Part shown: piece after piece, positions 42,120 through 52,039 of the stretch
Layout: each line of letters starts with the position of its first letter
Numbering within the stretch: the first letter of the stretch is position 1
Assembly: GCA_029940535.1 (NCBI GenBank)
Contig: JAPYUM010000004.1
Coordinates: 20,873-84,872 of the forward strand
Direction of reading: 5' to 3'
From: Vicinamibacterales bacterium
GTDB lineage: Bacteria; Acidobacteriota; Vicinamibacteria; Vicinamibacterales; UBA8438
DNA length: 64,000 nt
Made by a program: the position numbers and the translations under genes
Notes under the pieces: generated by a model
Told to the model about the DNA's origin: nothing
Seen by the model: only the letters and a program-made list of their open reading frames with translations
Databases searched by the model: none

Positions 42120-42789
42120 TCGTCGCCCGATTCTTTCACTCGTCACGGGTCGTGAGCGTCTTCCTGCGTCGAGATCCGGTGTCACCGGACTGCTCGACCT
42201 GGTGGCAGCGGCGGTGACGGCGGGCGTGGATCTCATCCAGGTGCGAGAGCCTGATCTGCCCGACGCGGACCTTTTTGCTCTCGTCCACCGATGCGTGGGG
42301 CTCGCCGCCGGGTCGCACACTTCGGTCCTGGTCAATGACCGGCTGGACATCGCGTTGGCGGCTCGGGCCGCGGGTGTGCATCTGCGGGGGGACTCGGTGA
42401 CCGCCTCGGCGATGCGCCGGCATACCCCACCGGGGTTTCTGTTGGGTCGGTCGGTGCATGGCGCGGCCGAGGCGGCGGCGGTCGAGTCCGGCGGTGGCGT
42501 GGACTACGTGACCTTCGGAACCGTCTATCGGTCGCGGTCGAAACCTGGGCTGGCGCCTCACGGGGTCGAATCGCTGGCCGCGGCAGTCCGAGCGGTCAGC
42601 GTGCCGGTGCTGGCGATCGGCGGCGTAACGGTCGATAACACCGGGGAAGTGTTTCGGGCCGGTGCAGCCGGCGTGGCCGCCATTGGTCTCTTCGCCGATG
42701 CGACCGCAGTCGGCGATACTGCTGGTCTCCGGCAGGTCGTCGGCGCGATCCGCGGCTCGTATGCGAGACATTATGTCCACCGAGAGTGA
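42103..42789 (+). CDS. thiE: Thiamine-phosphate synthase / TenI-like protein
   Basis: IQVRE, LVNDRLDIA, GVHL, GRSVH, SKPG, VLAIGG. Confidence 0.8.
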   Translation: MVRVFNRRPILSLVTGRERLPASRSGVTGLLDLVAAAVTAGVDLIQVREPDLPDADLFALVHRCVGLAAGSHTSVLVNDRLDIALAARAAGVHLRGDSVTASAMRRHTPPGFLLGRSVHGAAEAAAVESGGGVDYVTFGTVYRSRSKPGLAPHGVESLAAAVRAVSVPVLAIGGVTVDNTGEVFRAGAAGVAAIGLFADATAVGDTAGLRQVVGAIRGSYARHYVHRE

Positions 42790-43606
42790 CGGAACACCCG
42801 CTTCGGCCGGCAGCGTCGGCGCACGTCTCCGTGCGGCCCGCGAGGCGCGACAGGTCTCTCTGCGGCAGATTGCTGCCACCACAAAAATCTCCGTCGGCGC
42901 GTTGGAGGCGCTGGAGCAGACCGACCTCTCGCGTCTGCCAGGCGGAATCTTCACCCGTGCCTTCGTGCGGTCCTACGCCACGGAAGTGGGGCTCGACCCC
43001 GAGGAGACGATGCGGGACTTCACGGTCGAGGTGGACGAGGCGCAGGTCTCCGAGTCCGCGTTGGCCGACGCCGAGTCACAGCAACACGATCTGTTCCAGA
43101 GCCAGCAACGTATGGCGGGGACGGCACTCACGCTGGTTCTGATCGGATTGCCAGTGGCCTTGCTGCTCGGGTTTCTCGGCACGCGGGGCTCGTCGACCCC
43201 CGACGACGGGACCGCGCCGTTATCAGTCGCCGCCGTCGAGACACCGGCGCCGACCGCCGCGGTCGTCGAAACGCCGGTGGCGCCGCCACGGGTCGAGCCC
43301 CCCGTACGTCCAGTCCCGGCACCGCCCGTGCCTGCATCGAATGACTCGCTCGCTCTGGTCTTGAGCCCGCGTGACGAGTGCTGGGTGTCGCTGACGATTG
43401 ATGGCGACCTGGTGTTTTCACGCGTCATGCGCGGGGGCGAACGCGCGTCCTATGAGGCCAATGAGGAGATCATCCTCAACATCGGTGACGCCGGCGCATT
43501 CGGGTTCGTGCTCAATGAACAAGATGGCCGTACCCTCGGCGATTCCGGTGAGGTGGTGACGGAAACCATCACCCTCGAGAACTATCGCAGCTTCATTGCC
43601 CCTTAG
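42773..43606 (+). CDS. rodZ: RodZ-like HTH / DUF4115 membrane protein
   Basis: GARLRAARE, LPGGIFTRAFVRSYA, TM helix, CWVSLTIDG...NIGDAG. Confidence 0.85.
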   Translation: MSTESDGTPASAGSVGARLRAAREARQVSLRQIAATTKISVGALEALEQTDLSRLPGGIFTRAFVRSYATEVGLDPEETMRDFTVEVDEAQVSESALADAESQQHDLFQSQQRMAGTALTLVLIGLPVALLLGFLGTRGSSTPDDGTAPLSVAAVETPAPTAAVVETPVAPPRVEPPVRPVPAPPVPASNDSLALVLSPRDECWVSLTIDGDLVFSRVMRGGERASYEANEEIILNIGDAGAFGFVLNEQDGRTLGDSGEVVTETITLENYRSFIAP

Positions 43607-43647
43607 CCACGTCAAGTCAGCCTGGAGGTCGTCTGTCTTCTGCGCTC

Positions 43648-44393
43648 GTGATGTTGTTCCGCCGTGGGCGCATCCCGCTGGATGTACGGGAGTTCGCGGC
43701 TCGAGGTGGGTTGACCGGGACCGTGTCCGACCAACTCGAGTTGCTGTTGTGCCTGCTGGAGGATCCGGATCCGGGCGTGGTGCAGTTGGCCGAGCAGACC
43801 CTCGACGCGATTCCGACGGACGCGCTGGCTGGCTGGCTGGCGGGACGGGCGGCGACGCCCGAGCTGCGCGCGGCTTTCGCATCGCGAGGCATCGCCCGTC
43901 GGTTCGACCGGCGCCGGAGGGGGCGCCGTCACCGTTGCCGGAGCCAAGCGAGGAACCGGACGAGCAGACGGAGGCCGACGTGCGTCCTCAGGTCCTGTCC
44001 TCGCTGCCGGTCATCGAACGCATCAAGCTCGCACTCCGGGGGAGTCGGGAGCAGCGGTCGGTGTTGATCCGGGATCCAAGCAAGGTGGTGTCGGTGGCGG
44101 TGCTCGGGAGTCCCAAGCTGAACGTGAACGAGATCGAGGCCTACGCCCGGATGACGAGTGTGCAAGAGGAAGTCTTGCGGGTCATCGGCACCGGTCGCCA
44201 GTGGGTCAAGCACTACTCAGTCATGTCGGCGCTGGTCGGCAACCCAAAGACGCCGATCGCGATCGCGATGCCGCTGGTGACCCGGCTCAACGAGCGCGAT
44301 TTGAAACTGGTCACGCGCGACCGCACCGTCTCCGACGGCGTGCGGGCGGCGGCGCGCAAGTTCCTGATGTCGGGGGAAGCCCGGCGGCGCTAG
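43648..44393 (+). pseudogene. Conserved hypothetical helical protein split by a 1-bp frameshift (C-run 43895-43897)
   Basis: N-part RRGRIPLDVREFAARG...LRAAFASRGIA joins C-part PSVRPAPE...ERIKLALRGSREQRSVLIRD...NPKTP if one C is added. May be a sequencing error. Confidence 0.7.
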
Positions 44394-44414
44394 TGGCCAG
44401 ACCCTGGTCACGTC

Positions 44415-44580
44415 CGAGCAGCCCGTGGTGAAAGTCCCGATGTATTCGACCGACGCTGAATCCCGCCGATCGGCGTTGTTCATCGGTCGCATACTGCCGG
44501 TCTTCTCCCTCTTCTCGCCTTGTTCGGCGGGTCCAGCGGCGGTCTCGGTGCTGACCGGGACTTTCACCACGGACTGCTAG
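44415..44580. mobile_element. MITE-like element with 23-bp terminal inverted repeats (structured repeat copy C)
   Basis: AGCAGCCCGTGGTGAAAGTCCCG (44417-44439) vs CGGGACTTTCACCACGGACTGCT (44556-44578), 1 mismatch; right end CTAG; internal core CGGCGTTGTTCATCGGTCGCA. Confidence 0.75.
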
Positions 44581-44825
44581 GACGCCTTCCCACGACCCTT
44601 TCGCGTGACCCCGGTCCGCTTTCTGGCCGCGCTCCGTGCGGCCAGAATCCACTCCGATCGCATTTGGGACAGGCCGTCCATGTAGACGGCGACACGGACT
44701 CGTTCCTGCTCGCCGTCGAGTGTCTTCAACAGCGTCACGGCTCGTTGGAGATCTCGTTCCACGGTGGCGCGGGTCGTGTCGTTGTACAGCCGCTTGATCT
44801 CCGCTCGTATCTCGGTCGGTGTCAT
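44577..44825 (-). CDS. Small basic hypothetical protein
   Basis: MTPTEIRAEIKRLYN...RVAVYMDGLSQMRSEW; follows polX; its stop is the element's CTAG. Confidence 0.65.
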   Translation of the reverse strand: MTPTEIRAEIKRLYNDTTRATVERDLQRAVTLLKTLDGEQERVRVAVYMDGLSQMRSEWILAARSAARKRTGVTRKGRGKAS

Positions 44826-44861
44826 AAGCCTGTAACGCACTCTACGTCTGTTGGTGGCTCC

Positions 44862-46589
44862 TCATCCGTCGACCCGATGGCGTCGGAGCGATGCGCGAAA
44901 GGCATCGAGCGGCAGCGTATTGAGGACATCGCCAGGCTCAGCCCAGGCCCGGCGGGCGGTCGTCACCCCCCAGCGCAACAGATTGAACGCCGTGGGGGCA
45001 TGCGCGTCGGTGGAGATGACGAGTTTGACCCCACGCTCGCGCGCCAGTCGAGCGTGGCTATCCGACAGGTCGAGACGATGGATCTGCGAGTTGATCTCCA
45101 TGGCCACGCCGGTCCGCGCCGCCGCGTCGAACACCGGTTCGAGCTTCAGCTTGTAGGGAGCGCGTCGCAACAGGAGGCGGCCGGTGGGATGGCCAATGAT
45201 GTCGACCATTGGCGACTCGATGGCTCGCAGGAGCCGGTCGGTCATCTGGTGCTCGTCCTGTCCAAACGCGGAATGGACGGACGCCACGACGAGATCGAGC
45301 TCGGCCAGGCAGTCATCGGCGAGATCCAGGGTGCCGTCGGCCCGGATGTCACATTCGATACCGGCCAGGAGCGTGATGCCCTCGAGTGTCGAGCTCACCT
45401 CGCGAATACGTCTGGCGTGGTCGAGCGCGCGCCGCTCGTCGAGGCCGTTCGCCATCGCCAGTGCCTGACTATGGTCGGTCACCGCCAGATACTCCAAACC
45501 GGCCTCTCGGGCCGCTCTAGCCATGGTCTCGACATCCGCCTTGCCATCGGTGGCCGTCGTGTGGCTGTGCAGGTCGCCTCTCAAGTCGGAGCGCTCGATC
45601 AAGCACGGTAGGTTCCCGTTCGCCGCGGCCTCGATTTCGCCTCGATTCTCTCGTAGCTCGGGAGGCACGTAGGCAAGACCGAGCGTCGCATAGACATCGG
45701 CTTCCGACGCGCCGGCGACATACTCGCCGTCGGCCACGCGGAAAAGACCATACTCGTTCAACTTGAGACCGCGTCGTAGCGCGAGGTCTCTGACGGCAAT
45801 GTTGTGGGCCTTGGACCCGGTGAAGTACTGCGCGGCGGCGCCCGCGCTCTCGGAGGCCACGACGCGCAGGTCGACCTGAATGCCGCCTCGCAGCAGGACG
45901 CTGGACTTGGTCGGGCCCTGACCCAGCACCCGTTCGACGTCCGGGAACCGGACGAAGTGGGGCATCAGCGCGTCAGTCGCGCCGACGGCCAACAGGTCGA
46001 TGTCGCCACAGGTCTCGCACCCGCGACGCAGACTGCCGACCGGGAAGATCGTTGCGTCAGGGGCTGCGGTGCGCAGGTGCTCGGCGAGTCGCGTGGCGAT
46101 CGCGTCGGCACGCCCGACCAGGTGCCGCCCGACTCGTGCCCGGTGCTCAGCCAGCGAGCGGAGCAGGAGCGCTTCCTTCTTGGCCCCCATGCCCTTGAGC
46201 TGTCGGAGCCGACCCTCGGTGGCGGCGGACTCGAGCTCGTCCAGGGTCTCGATGCCAAGCTCGCCATACAGGGTCCTCACCGTTTTCGGACCGACGCCCT
46301 GGAGTCGGAGCATGTCCAGGATGGAGGCCGGGAACTCCTGACGCAGCTCATCGAAATAGACGAGCCCCTTGGTATCGACGAGCTCGCGAATCTTCGCGGC
46401 GAGATCCTTGCCGATACCGGGGATGCCGCGTAGGTCCGGGTCCGTCAGATCGGCGATGCTCTCCGCCATGTGGCCGACGATATCGGCCGCGTTGCGGTAC
46501 GCACGGATCTTGAACGGGTTGGCGCCCTTGATCTCCAAGAGATCGCCAATGTCACTGAAGATCCGTGCGATGCCAACATTGTCAGTCAT
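44862..46589 (-). CDS. polX: DNA polymerase X with PHP domain
   Basis: NPFKIRAYRNAA, HhH GIPGIG, GSLRRG.ET.GDID, YFTGSKAHN, PHP motifs DLHSHT, TDHS, GHPTG, STDAH. Confidence 0.96.
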   Translation of the reverse strand: MTDNVGIARIFSDIGDLLEIKGANPFKIRAYRNAADIVGHMAESIADLTDPDLRGIPGIGKDLAAKIRELVDTKGLVYFDELRQEFPASILDMLRLQGVGPKTVRTLYGELGIETLDELESAATEGRLRQLKGMGAKKEALLLRSLAEHRARVGRHLVGRADAIATRLAEHLRTAAPDATIFPVGSLRRGCETCGDIDLLAVGATDALMPHFVRFPDVERVLGQGPTKSSVLLRGGIQVDLRVVASESAGAAAQYFTGSKAHNIAVRDLALRRGLKLNEYGLFRVADGEYVAGASEADVYATLGLAYVPPELRENRGEIEAAANGNLPCLIERSDLRGDLHSHTTATDGKADVETMARAAREAGLEYLAVTDHSQALAMANGLDERRALDHARRIREVSSTLEGITLLAGIECDIRADGTLDLADDCLAELDLVVASVHSAFGQDEHQMTDRLLRAIESPMVDIIGHPTGRLLLRRAPYKLKLEPVFDAAARTGVAMEINSQIHRLDLSDSHARLARERGVKLVISTDAHAPTAFNLLRWGVTTARRAWAEPGDVLNTLPLDAFRASLRRHRVDG

Positions 46590-46596
46590 TACTCAG

Positions 46597-46687
46597 ACGG
46601 GGCTGCGCCCGGGCCCCACGCGGGCCCTCGCGGGGGCCCCAAAGCCCCACTCCGGTCCCGCGGGCCGCGCATTGTCGCGCGCCCTGG
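46597..46687. repeat. GC-rich nested palindromic (REP-like) sequence upstream of polX
   Basis: CGCGGGCC...GGTCCCGCG outer stem around GGGGC-CCCAAA-GCCCC, plus GCGC...GCGC. Confidence 0.4.
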
Positions 46688-46713
46688 TTAGGGTGCTAAA
46701 AACGCCGCAGGGT

Positions 46714-46821
46714 GGTTTCCTGGCAAGCCGTTCGTCTGGCCAGGCGCAAGGAGGGAGCATGCAGGCGGCATGTGACCGACGAAGCAACGCCGCCAGGCGG
46801 ACGGATCGCCAGGAAACCTAG
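46714..46821 (-). repeat. Structured CTAG-ended repeat, copy B
   Basis: Minus strand CTAGGTTTCCTGGC...core...GCCAGGAAACC; the TAG is the GHMP kinase stop. Confidence 0.8.
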
Positions 46822-47819
46822 GTGTCATGTGACTTTACCAGTAGACCGTCGGTGTCGATGCTGCACTCCAGCAGTTGCGCGCCCGCGTCGGCGAGCGCCT
46901 GGCAGACTTCGGCCCGGCGATCCGGGTCGACCAGAAAGAAGATGCATCCGCCGCCGCCCGCGCCGCAGACCTTTCCCGCCTCGGCGCCGGCACTACGGGC
47001 GCTCGCCATCAGGGTCTCGATGGTGGGGGTGGTGACGCCCGGCGCCAGCGCTTGGCGTGCCTGCCACTCGCGGTTTACCTGTGTTGACAGCTCTGTCCAA
47101 TCGCCGCGAGTCAGCGCGTCTCGAATGTCCGTCGCGATGTCGCGAATGCGGTCGAACTCCGCGGACAGCGCGTCGTCGCCCTCGATGTGACGCCTTGTGA
47201 TATCCCAGTTGTTGAGACCCGAGGACCGGGAGTCGCCGCTGTAGACCAACACGAGGCGGCGTTGTAGCTCGGCCGTGTCGACCTCGATGGGCACCCTCGT
47301 GACGCCGACCGGGCCGAGCTCGACCGCCGAGACCCCACCGTACAGCGCAGGCCGGTAGTCCTGGACACCGGTCGGGATTCCGAGTGTCCGCGCCTCGAGG
47401 TTCATCGCGAGGGCGAGCAGTTGCTCCGACGAGTACTGGTTGCCACGCCAGCGCGCGAGTGCGGCGCAGACCGCGATGGTCAGAGCGGATGAGCCGGCGA
47501 TGCCGGCCCCCATCGGCGAAGCCGCGCGGGTGGTGATCTGGACCCCGTCGACCTGAAAAAATCGTGCAATGTGGGCCAGCAGCCGGTTCTCACCGGTGGT
47601 GTCGAGTTCTTCCCACCGGCCGGCGGTCAGGGTGTGGCCGGTGTCCTCCGACCGCACGCTCACACGGCCGTCACGTCTGGCCGTCACGGTGCAGGCGGCA
47701 CGCAAGCGAATGGCGACGTTGACGGTCTGTGCGCCCGGATGAAACAGATAGAGCGGCCAGATATCGAGCGTGCCCCCACCGAAGTCGAGACGGGTCGGTG
47801 CGGAAGAGTTAACCTGCAC
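46818..47819 (-). CDS. GHMP-family sugar kinase (HddA/fucokinase-like)
   Basis: SAPTRLDFGGGTLD, PMGAGIAGSSA, TGVQD, GKVCGAGGGG. Confidence 0.9.
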   Translation of the reverse strand: MQVNSSAPTRLDFGGGTLDIWPLYLFHPGAQTVNVAIRLRAACTVTARRDGRVSVRSEDTGHTLTAGRWEELDTTGENRLLAHIARFFQVDGVQITTRAASPMGAGIAGSSALTIAVCAALARWRGNQYSSEQLLALAMNLEARTLGIPTGVQDYRPALYGGVSAVELGPVGVTRVPIEVDTAELQRRLVLVYSGDSRSSGLNNWDITRRHIEGDDALSAEFDRIRDIATDIRDALTRGDWTELSTQVNREWQARQALAPGVTTPTIETLMASARSAGAEAGKVCGAGGGGCIFFLVDPDRRAEVCQALADAGAQLLECSIDTDGLLVKSHDT

Positions 47820-47825
47820 CGGCGC

Positions 47826-47833
47826 ATTATAAT
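47826..47833. promoter_or_regulatory. Palindromic bidirectional -10 element between the GHMP kinase and nagZ
   Basis: ATTATAAT gives TATAAT on both strands within a 60-bp divergent gap; 6 nt from the kinase GTG. Confidence 0.6.
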
Positions 47834-47879
47834 GGGCTCCGGTAGTCTGCGCTGAAACCCCAGTTCCAACCATTGTCAC

Positions 47880-48968
47880 GTGAAGAAACTACATCGTCAC
47901 ATTGGACAGCTTGTGGTGGCCGGGTTCGATGGGTACGTGGTGCCCATCGAGCTGCGCGCCCTGGCCCGCGAGTGGGACTTGGGGGGGGTGGTGCTGTTTG
48001 GGCGGAATGTCGAGGCACCGGAGCAAGTGGCCGAGCTTGCGTTCGAGGCGCAGGAGTTGGCGCACGACGTCCCGCTCTGGATCGGCGTCGACCAGGAAGG
48101 CGGCCGCGTGGCGCGTCTCCGCGCCCCGTTCACAGAGTGGCCGCCGATGGAAGGGCTCGGCCGCCAGCGTGACGACGGTCTGGCCGGGCGGTTCGCGGCC
48201 GCCCTGGCCGACGAGCTCTCCGCGGTCGGGGTCTCGCTGGACTTCGCTCCGGTCCTCGATATCAGGCACGACGGGGCGGACCCCGTCATCGGCGACCGGG
48301 CGCTGTCGTCCGACCCGGCGACGGTCGGTCGCATCGGCGCGGTCATCATCGAGACGCTGCAGCGAAACGGCATTGCCGCGTGCGCGAAGCATTTTCCCGG
48401 GCACGGGGACGCCCGCGCCGACTCTCACGCAGAACTGCCGGTCATCGAGCATCCACCGGAGCGTCTGCGCGAGCAGGACATGGCCCCGTTCCGGGCGGCG
48501 GTTGGCGCCAACGTGGCGGGGGTCATGACCGCCCACATTCTGTATCCGGCGTTGGATGTGGAGCAGCCCGCCACATTATCCCGAACCATCGTGCGCGACC
48601 TGCTTCGGGACGAGATCGGACACCGGGGGTTGGTCGTGACCGACGACCTGGAGATGGGCGCGATCACCCAGACGCACACGGTTGAGCAGGCGGCGGTGGC
48701 CGCCCTCGACGTCGGCTGCGATACCGCGCTGCTGTGCGGCACCTCGGTGGAGCGCCACGTGTCCGTATTGGAGGCGATCATCCGTGCCGTCGAGGCAAAG
48801 ACGCTCGCGGTCCGGACCGTGGAAGACGCGTTGGCCCGGCAACGGCGGGTGAAGGGGCGCTTTCTGGCCGGGGCACGTCCGCGCCGGCCGCTCTCCGGCA
48901 CGGCGCTCCAGGCGCGTCTGGGAACCTCGGCGCACCAGGCGGTGGCCGAAGAAATTGCGAGGGCATGA
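47880..48968 (+). CDS. nagZ: Beta-N-acetylhexosaminidase (GH3)
   Basis: GVDQEGGRV, FAPVLD, KHFPGHG...DSH, TDDLEMGA. Confidence 0.93.
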   Translation: MKKLHRHIGQLVVAGFDGYVVPIELRALAREWDLGGVVLFGRNVEAPEQVAELAFEAQELAHDVPLWIGVDQEGGRVARLRAPFTEWPPMEGLGRQRDDGLAGRFAAALADELSAVGVSLDFAPVLDIRHDGADPVIGDRALSSDPATVGRIGAVIIETLQRNGIAACAKHFPGHGDARADSHAELPVIEHPPERLREQDMAPFRAAVGANVAGVMTAHILYPALDVEQPATLSRTIVRDLLRDEIGHRGLVVTDDLEMGAITQTHTVEQAAVAALDVGCDTALLCGTSVERHVSVLEAIIRAVEAKTLAVRTVEDALARQRRVKGRFLAGARPRRPLSGTALQARLGTSAHQAVAEEIARA

Positions 48969-49017
48969 TGAGACCGTGGGCCCACGCGAAGGCGATATGG
49001 CTCGGGCCGCCTGATTC

Positions 49018-49953
49018 ATGGCCAGGTCGATGATGCGGAAGCCACGGGCGCTCAGACCGGGAGATCGAATTGCGCTGGTGGCTCCGGCGAGTCCGTTCGA
49101 CCGCGACCGTTTCGACGCCGGGGTGACGGAGATTGAGCGACTCGGCCTGACCCCGGTCGTCACCGAGGGAGTCTTCGCCCGGCGCGGGTATGTCGCGGGC
49201 GATGCCCAAAGTCGGGCGGCTTCGCTCGCCGCGGCGTGGTGTGACCGCTCGATCGCGGCGGTCATGGCCGCGCGCGGAGGGTATGGGAGCGCTCAGCTAC
49301 TGCCGTTTCTCGATCTCGCGGTTTTTCGCGCGTCGAACAAGCCGTTCATCGGACACAGCGACCTGACCGCGCTCCTGACGTGTCTGACCTGCTACTGCGC
49401 GACAACCTGTTTTCACGGGCCGATGGTGTTGAATCTGGCCGGCGGGGAGGCGCGCTACGACCGTGATTCCTTCGTGCGGTCGCTCATGACGACAGAGCCG
49501 GTGGGGGAGCTTGCGCCGGAGGGGCTCGTGCCGTTCAGGTCGGGTGTGGCGGCTGGAATCCTGATGGGCGGTACGCTGACCCAGCTGGTGGCGTCACTCG
49601 GCACCCCGTTCGCCTTCGCACCCCCGCCTGGATACATCCTGTTGCTCGACGAAATCGGCGAGCGGCCCTATCGCCTGGATCGGATGTTGACGCAACTCTC
49701 GTCCAGCGGGCTTCTGGCCCGAGCGTCGGGCGTCGTGTGTGGCGAGTTCCCGGACTGCGACGAGCCGGGCGGGCGCCCAACCGCTCGTGAGGTCATGGCG
49801 GAACTGTTCGACACGGTCCCGGGTCCGGTGGTCTTCGGGTTCCCGACGGGGCACACCAGGGGGCCGGCCTTCACGGTGCCACTCGGGGTCCAGGTGACGC
49901 TCGAGGCTGGTCATCGGTCCCGGCTCGTGGTGACGGAGTCGGCTGTCGTATGA
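49018..49953 (+). CDS. ldcA: LD-carboxypeptidase (S66)
   Basis: LRPGDRIALVAP, RGGYG, GHSDLT (Ser), LDEIGERPYRLDRML (Glu), GHT (His). Confidence 0.92.
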   Translation: MARSMMRKPRALRPGDRIALVAPASPFDRDRFDAGVTEIERLGLTPVVTEGVFARRGYVAGDAQSRAASLAAAWCDRSIAAVMAARGGYGSAQLLPFLDLAVFRASNKPFIGHSDLTALLTCLTCYCATTCFHGPMVLNLAGGEARYDRDSFVRSLMTTEPVGELAPEGLVPFRSGVAAGILMGGTLTQLVASLGTPFAFAPPPGYILLLDEIGERPYRLDRMLTQLSSSGLLARASGVVCGEFPDCDEPGGRPTAREVMAELFDTVPGPVVFGFPTGHTRGPAFTVPLGVQVTLEAGHRSRLVVTESAVV

Positions 49954-51374
49954 AGGTCTATCTCATCGGCGTCTGCGGCACCGCGATGGCCACGCTGGCC
50001 GCAATGCTGAGCGACCGGGGCCATGCGGTGCACGGATCTGACGCGCATGTCTATCCGCCGATGAGCGACTTCCTGGCCGCTCGGGGGATCACGTGTCTCG
50101 ACGGATTCGACGAGGCGCACATCACCTCGGACATCGAGCTCGTGGTCATCGGGAATGCCGTGTCCCGCGGCAATCCCGAGGTCGAAGCGGTACTGGACCG
50201 CAAACTCCGGTATCGGTCGTTGCCGGAGATGGTGCGTGAGACGTTTCTCTGGGACCGAGACTCCATCGTCATCGCCGGGACCCACGGCAAGACCACGACC
50301 GCATCTTTGGTGAGTTGGGTGCTGGCCGACGGGGGACGTGATCCGAGTTTCCTCATCGGCGGGTTGGCCGCTAATTTCGACTCGAGCTACCGATTGGGCG
50401 AGGGGCGAGAATTTGTCATTGAGGGCGATGAGTATGACAGTGCGTTCTTCGACAAAACCGCGAAGTTCCTGAAGTATCTGCCGAACGTCGCGGTGGTCGG
50501 CAATCTCGAGTTCGACCACGCGGATATCTATGATGACTTCGAGGCGATTCGTCTCGCCGTACGACGTCTGGTCTCGCTGTTACCGCGCGGGGGGAGTCTG
50601 GTGCTCGGTGCCGACAACGCGGCGGCGCTGGAGATCGCCGAGGGTGCGCCGTGCCCGGTCACGACCTTCGGACTGGTGAGCACCGCGGACTGGCGGGCCA
50701 CCGACATCGAGACGTCGCCCGATGGGATGACCTTCGGGGTGGAGCACCGCGGGGCCCGAGTGAGCGAGGTGCAGGTCCCGCTGGTGGGGGCGTTCAACGT
50801 CAGAAACGTGCTCGCCGCCATCGCGGTGGCGCACGGAGTAGGGCTCGACATGCCCACCATCGCTGCCACGCTCGCCCGATTCAAGGGGGTCAAGCGGCGG
50901 CTGGAAGTGCGTGGCCGGGCTCGGGGTGTCACCGTGTTCGACGACTTTGCGCATCACCCCACAGCGGTCAGGGAAACGCTGGCCGGCGTGCGCGCGGCGT
51001 TCCCGTCGCGAACGATCTGGGCGGTGTTCGAGCCACGGTCGGCCACGGCCTGTCGGCGGGTCTTTCAGGTGGAGTTCGCCGCCGCTTTCCATCAGGCCGA
51101 CGAAGTGATCGTCGGTCCGGTCTACCGGTCGTCATTGCCGGACGACGAGCGGCTGTCCGAGTCTGAGCTCGTGGACGGGATTCGACGCACCGGTCCTCGC
51201 GCCCGACATTTCGCCGATGTAGCCGACATCGTGCGAGCGGTGGCCGCGGAGGCCGGTGACGGAGACCAGGTCGTGGTGATGTCGAACGGCGGGTTCGGCG
51301 GGATTCATCAGCGACTACTGGACGCCCTGTCCGCCCCAGAAACGCCGTCCGCCGGCGTAGCCTCCGTCAAATAA
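49950..51374 (+). CDS. mpl: Murein peptide ligase
   Basis: GVCGTAMATLA, YPPMS, GNAVSRGNPEVE, GTHGKTTT, EGDEYDSAFFDK, DDFAHHPTA, FEPRS, MSNGGFGGIH. Confidence 0.93.
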   Translation: MKVYLIGVCGTAMATLAAMLSDRGHAVHGSDAHVYPPMSDFLAARGITCLDGFDEAHITSDIELVVIGNAVSRGNPEVEAVLDRKLRYRSLPEMVRETFLWDRDSIVIAGTHGKTTTASLVSWVLADGGRDPSFLIGGLAANFDSSYRLGEGREFVIEGDEYDSAFFDKTAKFLKYLPNVAVVGNLEFDHADIYDDFEAIRLAVRRLVSLLPRGGSLVLGADNAAALEIAEGAPCPVTTFGLVSTADWRATDIETSPDGMTFGVEHRGARVSEVQVPLVGAFNVRNVLAAIAVAHGVGLDMPTIAATLARFKGVKRRLEVRGRARGVTVFDDFAHHPTAVRETLAGVRAAFPSRTIWAVFEPRSATACRRVFQVEFAAAFHQADEVIVGPVYRSSLPDDERLSESELVDGIRRTGPRARHFADVADIVRAVAAEAGDGDQVVVMSNGGFGGIHQRLLDALSAPETPSAGVASVK

Positions 51375-52039
51375 TGCCGACATGGCGCATCGCGATGACG
51401 GGGGACGCCGCCGTGACCGTCTCCTTCCCGGCGCGGATCGACCGGGACATCAGCGCTCGGGTGGTGGCATTGGCGGAGACGGTCCGGGCGGCGGGATACC
51501 CCGGGGTCCGGGATGTCGTGCCGAGCTACCATTCCGTGACCGTGTATCTGGACCCGATTCGGACAGATCTCGACTCCCTCTGGACGACGCTGGAGGAGGC
51601 CGCGGCCGCCCCGCTCGAGTCCGGGCGGCCCCAACGGGACATCGTCGTCCCCGTGGTGTACGGCGGAGACGCCGGCCGAGATCTGGCCGAGGTCGCCCGC
51701 TTTGCCGGGGTTTCTCCGGATGAGGTGATTCGACTCCACACCCAGCGGCGCTATCGAGTGTATATGGTGGGTTTTCTGGCCGGTTTCCCCTATATGGGCA
51801 TTGTCGACCCGCGGATCGCGATCCCGCGTCGGGCCACCCCGCGGCCGGCGGTCGCGGCCGGGTCCGTGGGCATCGCGGGGGCGCAGACCGGGATCTACCC
51901 GGCCACGGCGCCTGGGGGCTGGCATCTGATTGGTCGCGCGACGGTGGAGCCGTTCGACCCACGGCGTGACCCACCGTGTCCGTGGCGACCGGGTGACGTG
52001 GTCACGTTCGAGTCGGTGAGCGAGGGTGGCGGGCGGTGA
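51374..52039 (+). CDS. pxpB: 5-oxoprolinase subunit B (KipI/AHS1)
   Basis: VPSYHSV, VPVVYGG, GFLAGFPYMG, GSVGIAG.QTGIYP..PGGW..IG. Confidence 0.92.
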   Translation: MPTWRIAMTGDAAVTVSFPARIDRDISARVVALAETVRAAGYPGVRDVVPSYHSVTVYLDPIRTDLDSLWTTLEEAAAAPLESGRPQRDIVVPVVYGGDAGRDLAEVARFAGVSPDEVIRLHTQRRYRVYMVGFLAGFPYMGIVDPRIAIPRRATPRPAVAAGSVGIAGAQTGIYPATAPGGWHLIGRATVEPFDPRRDPPCPWRPGDVVTFESVSEGGGR

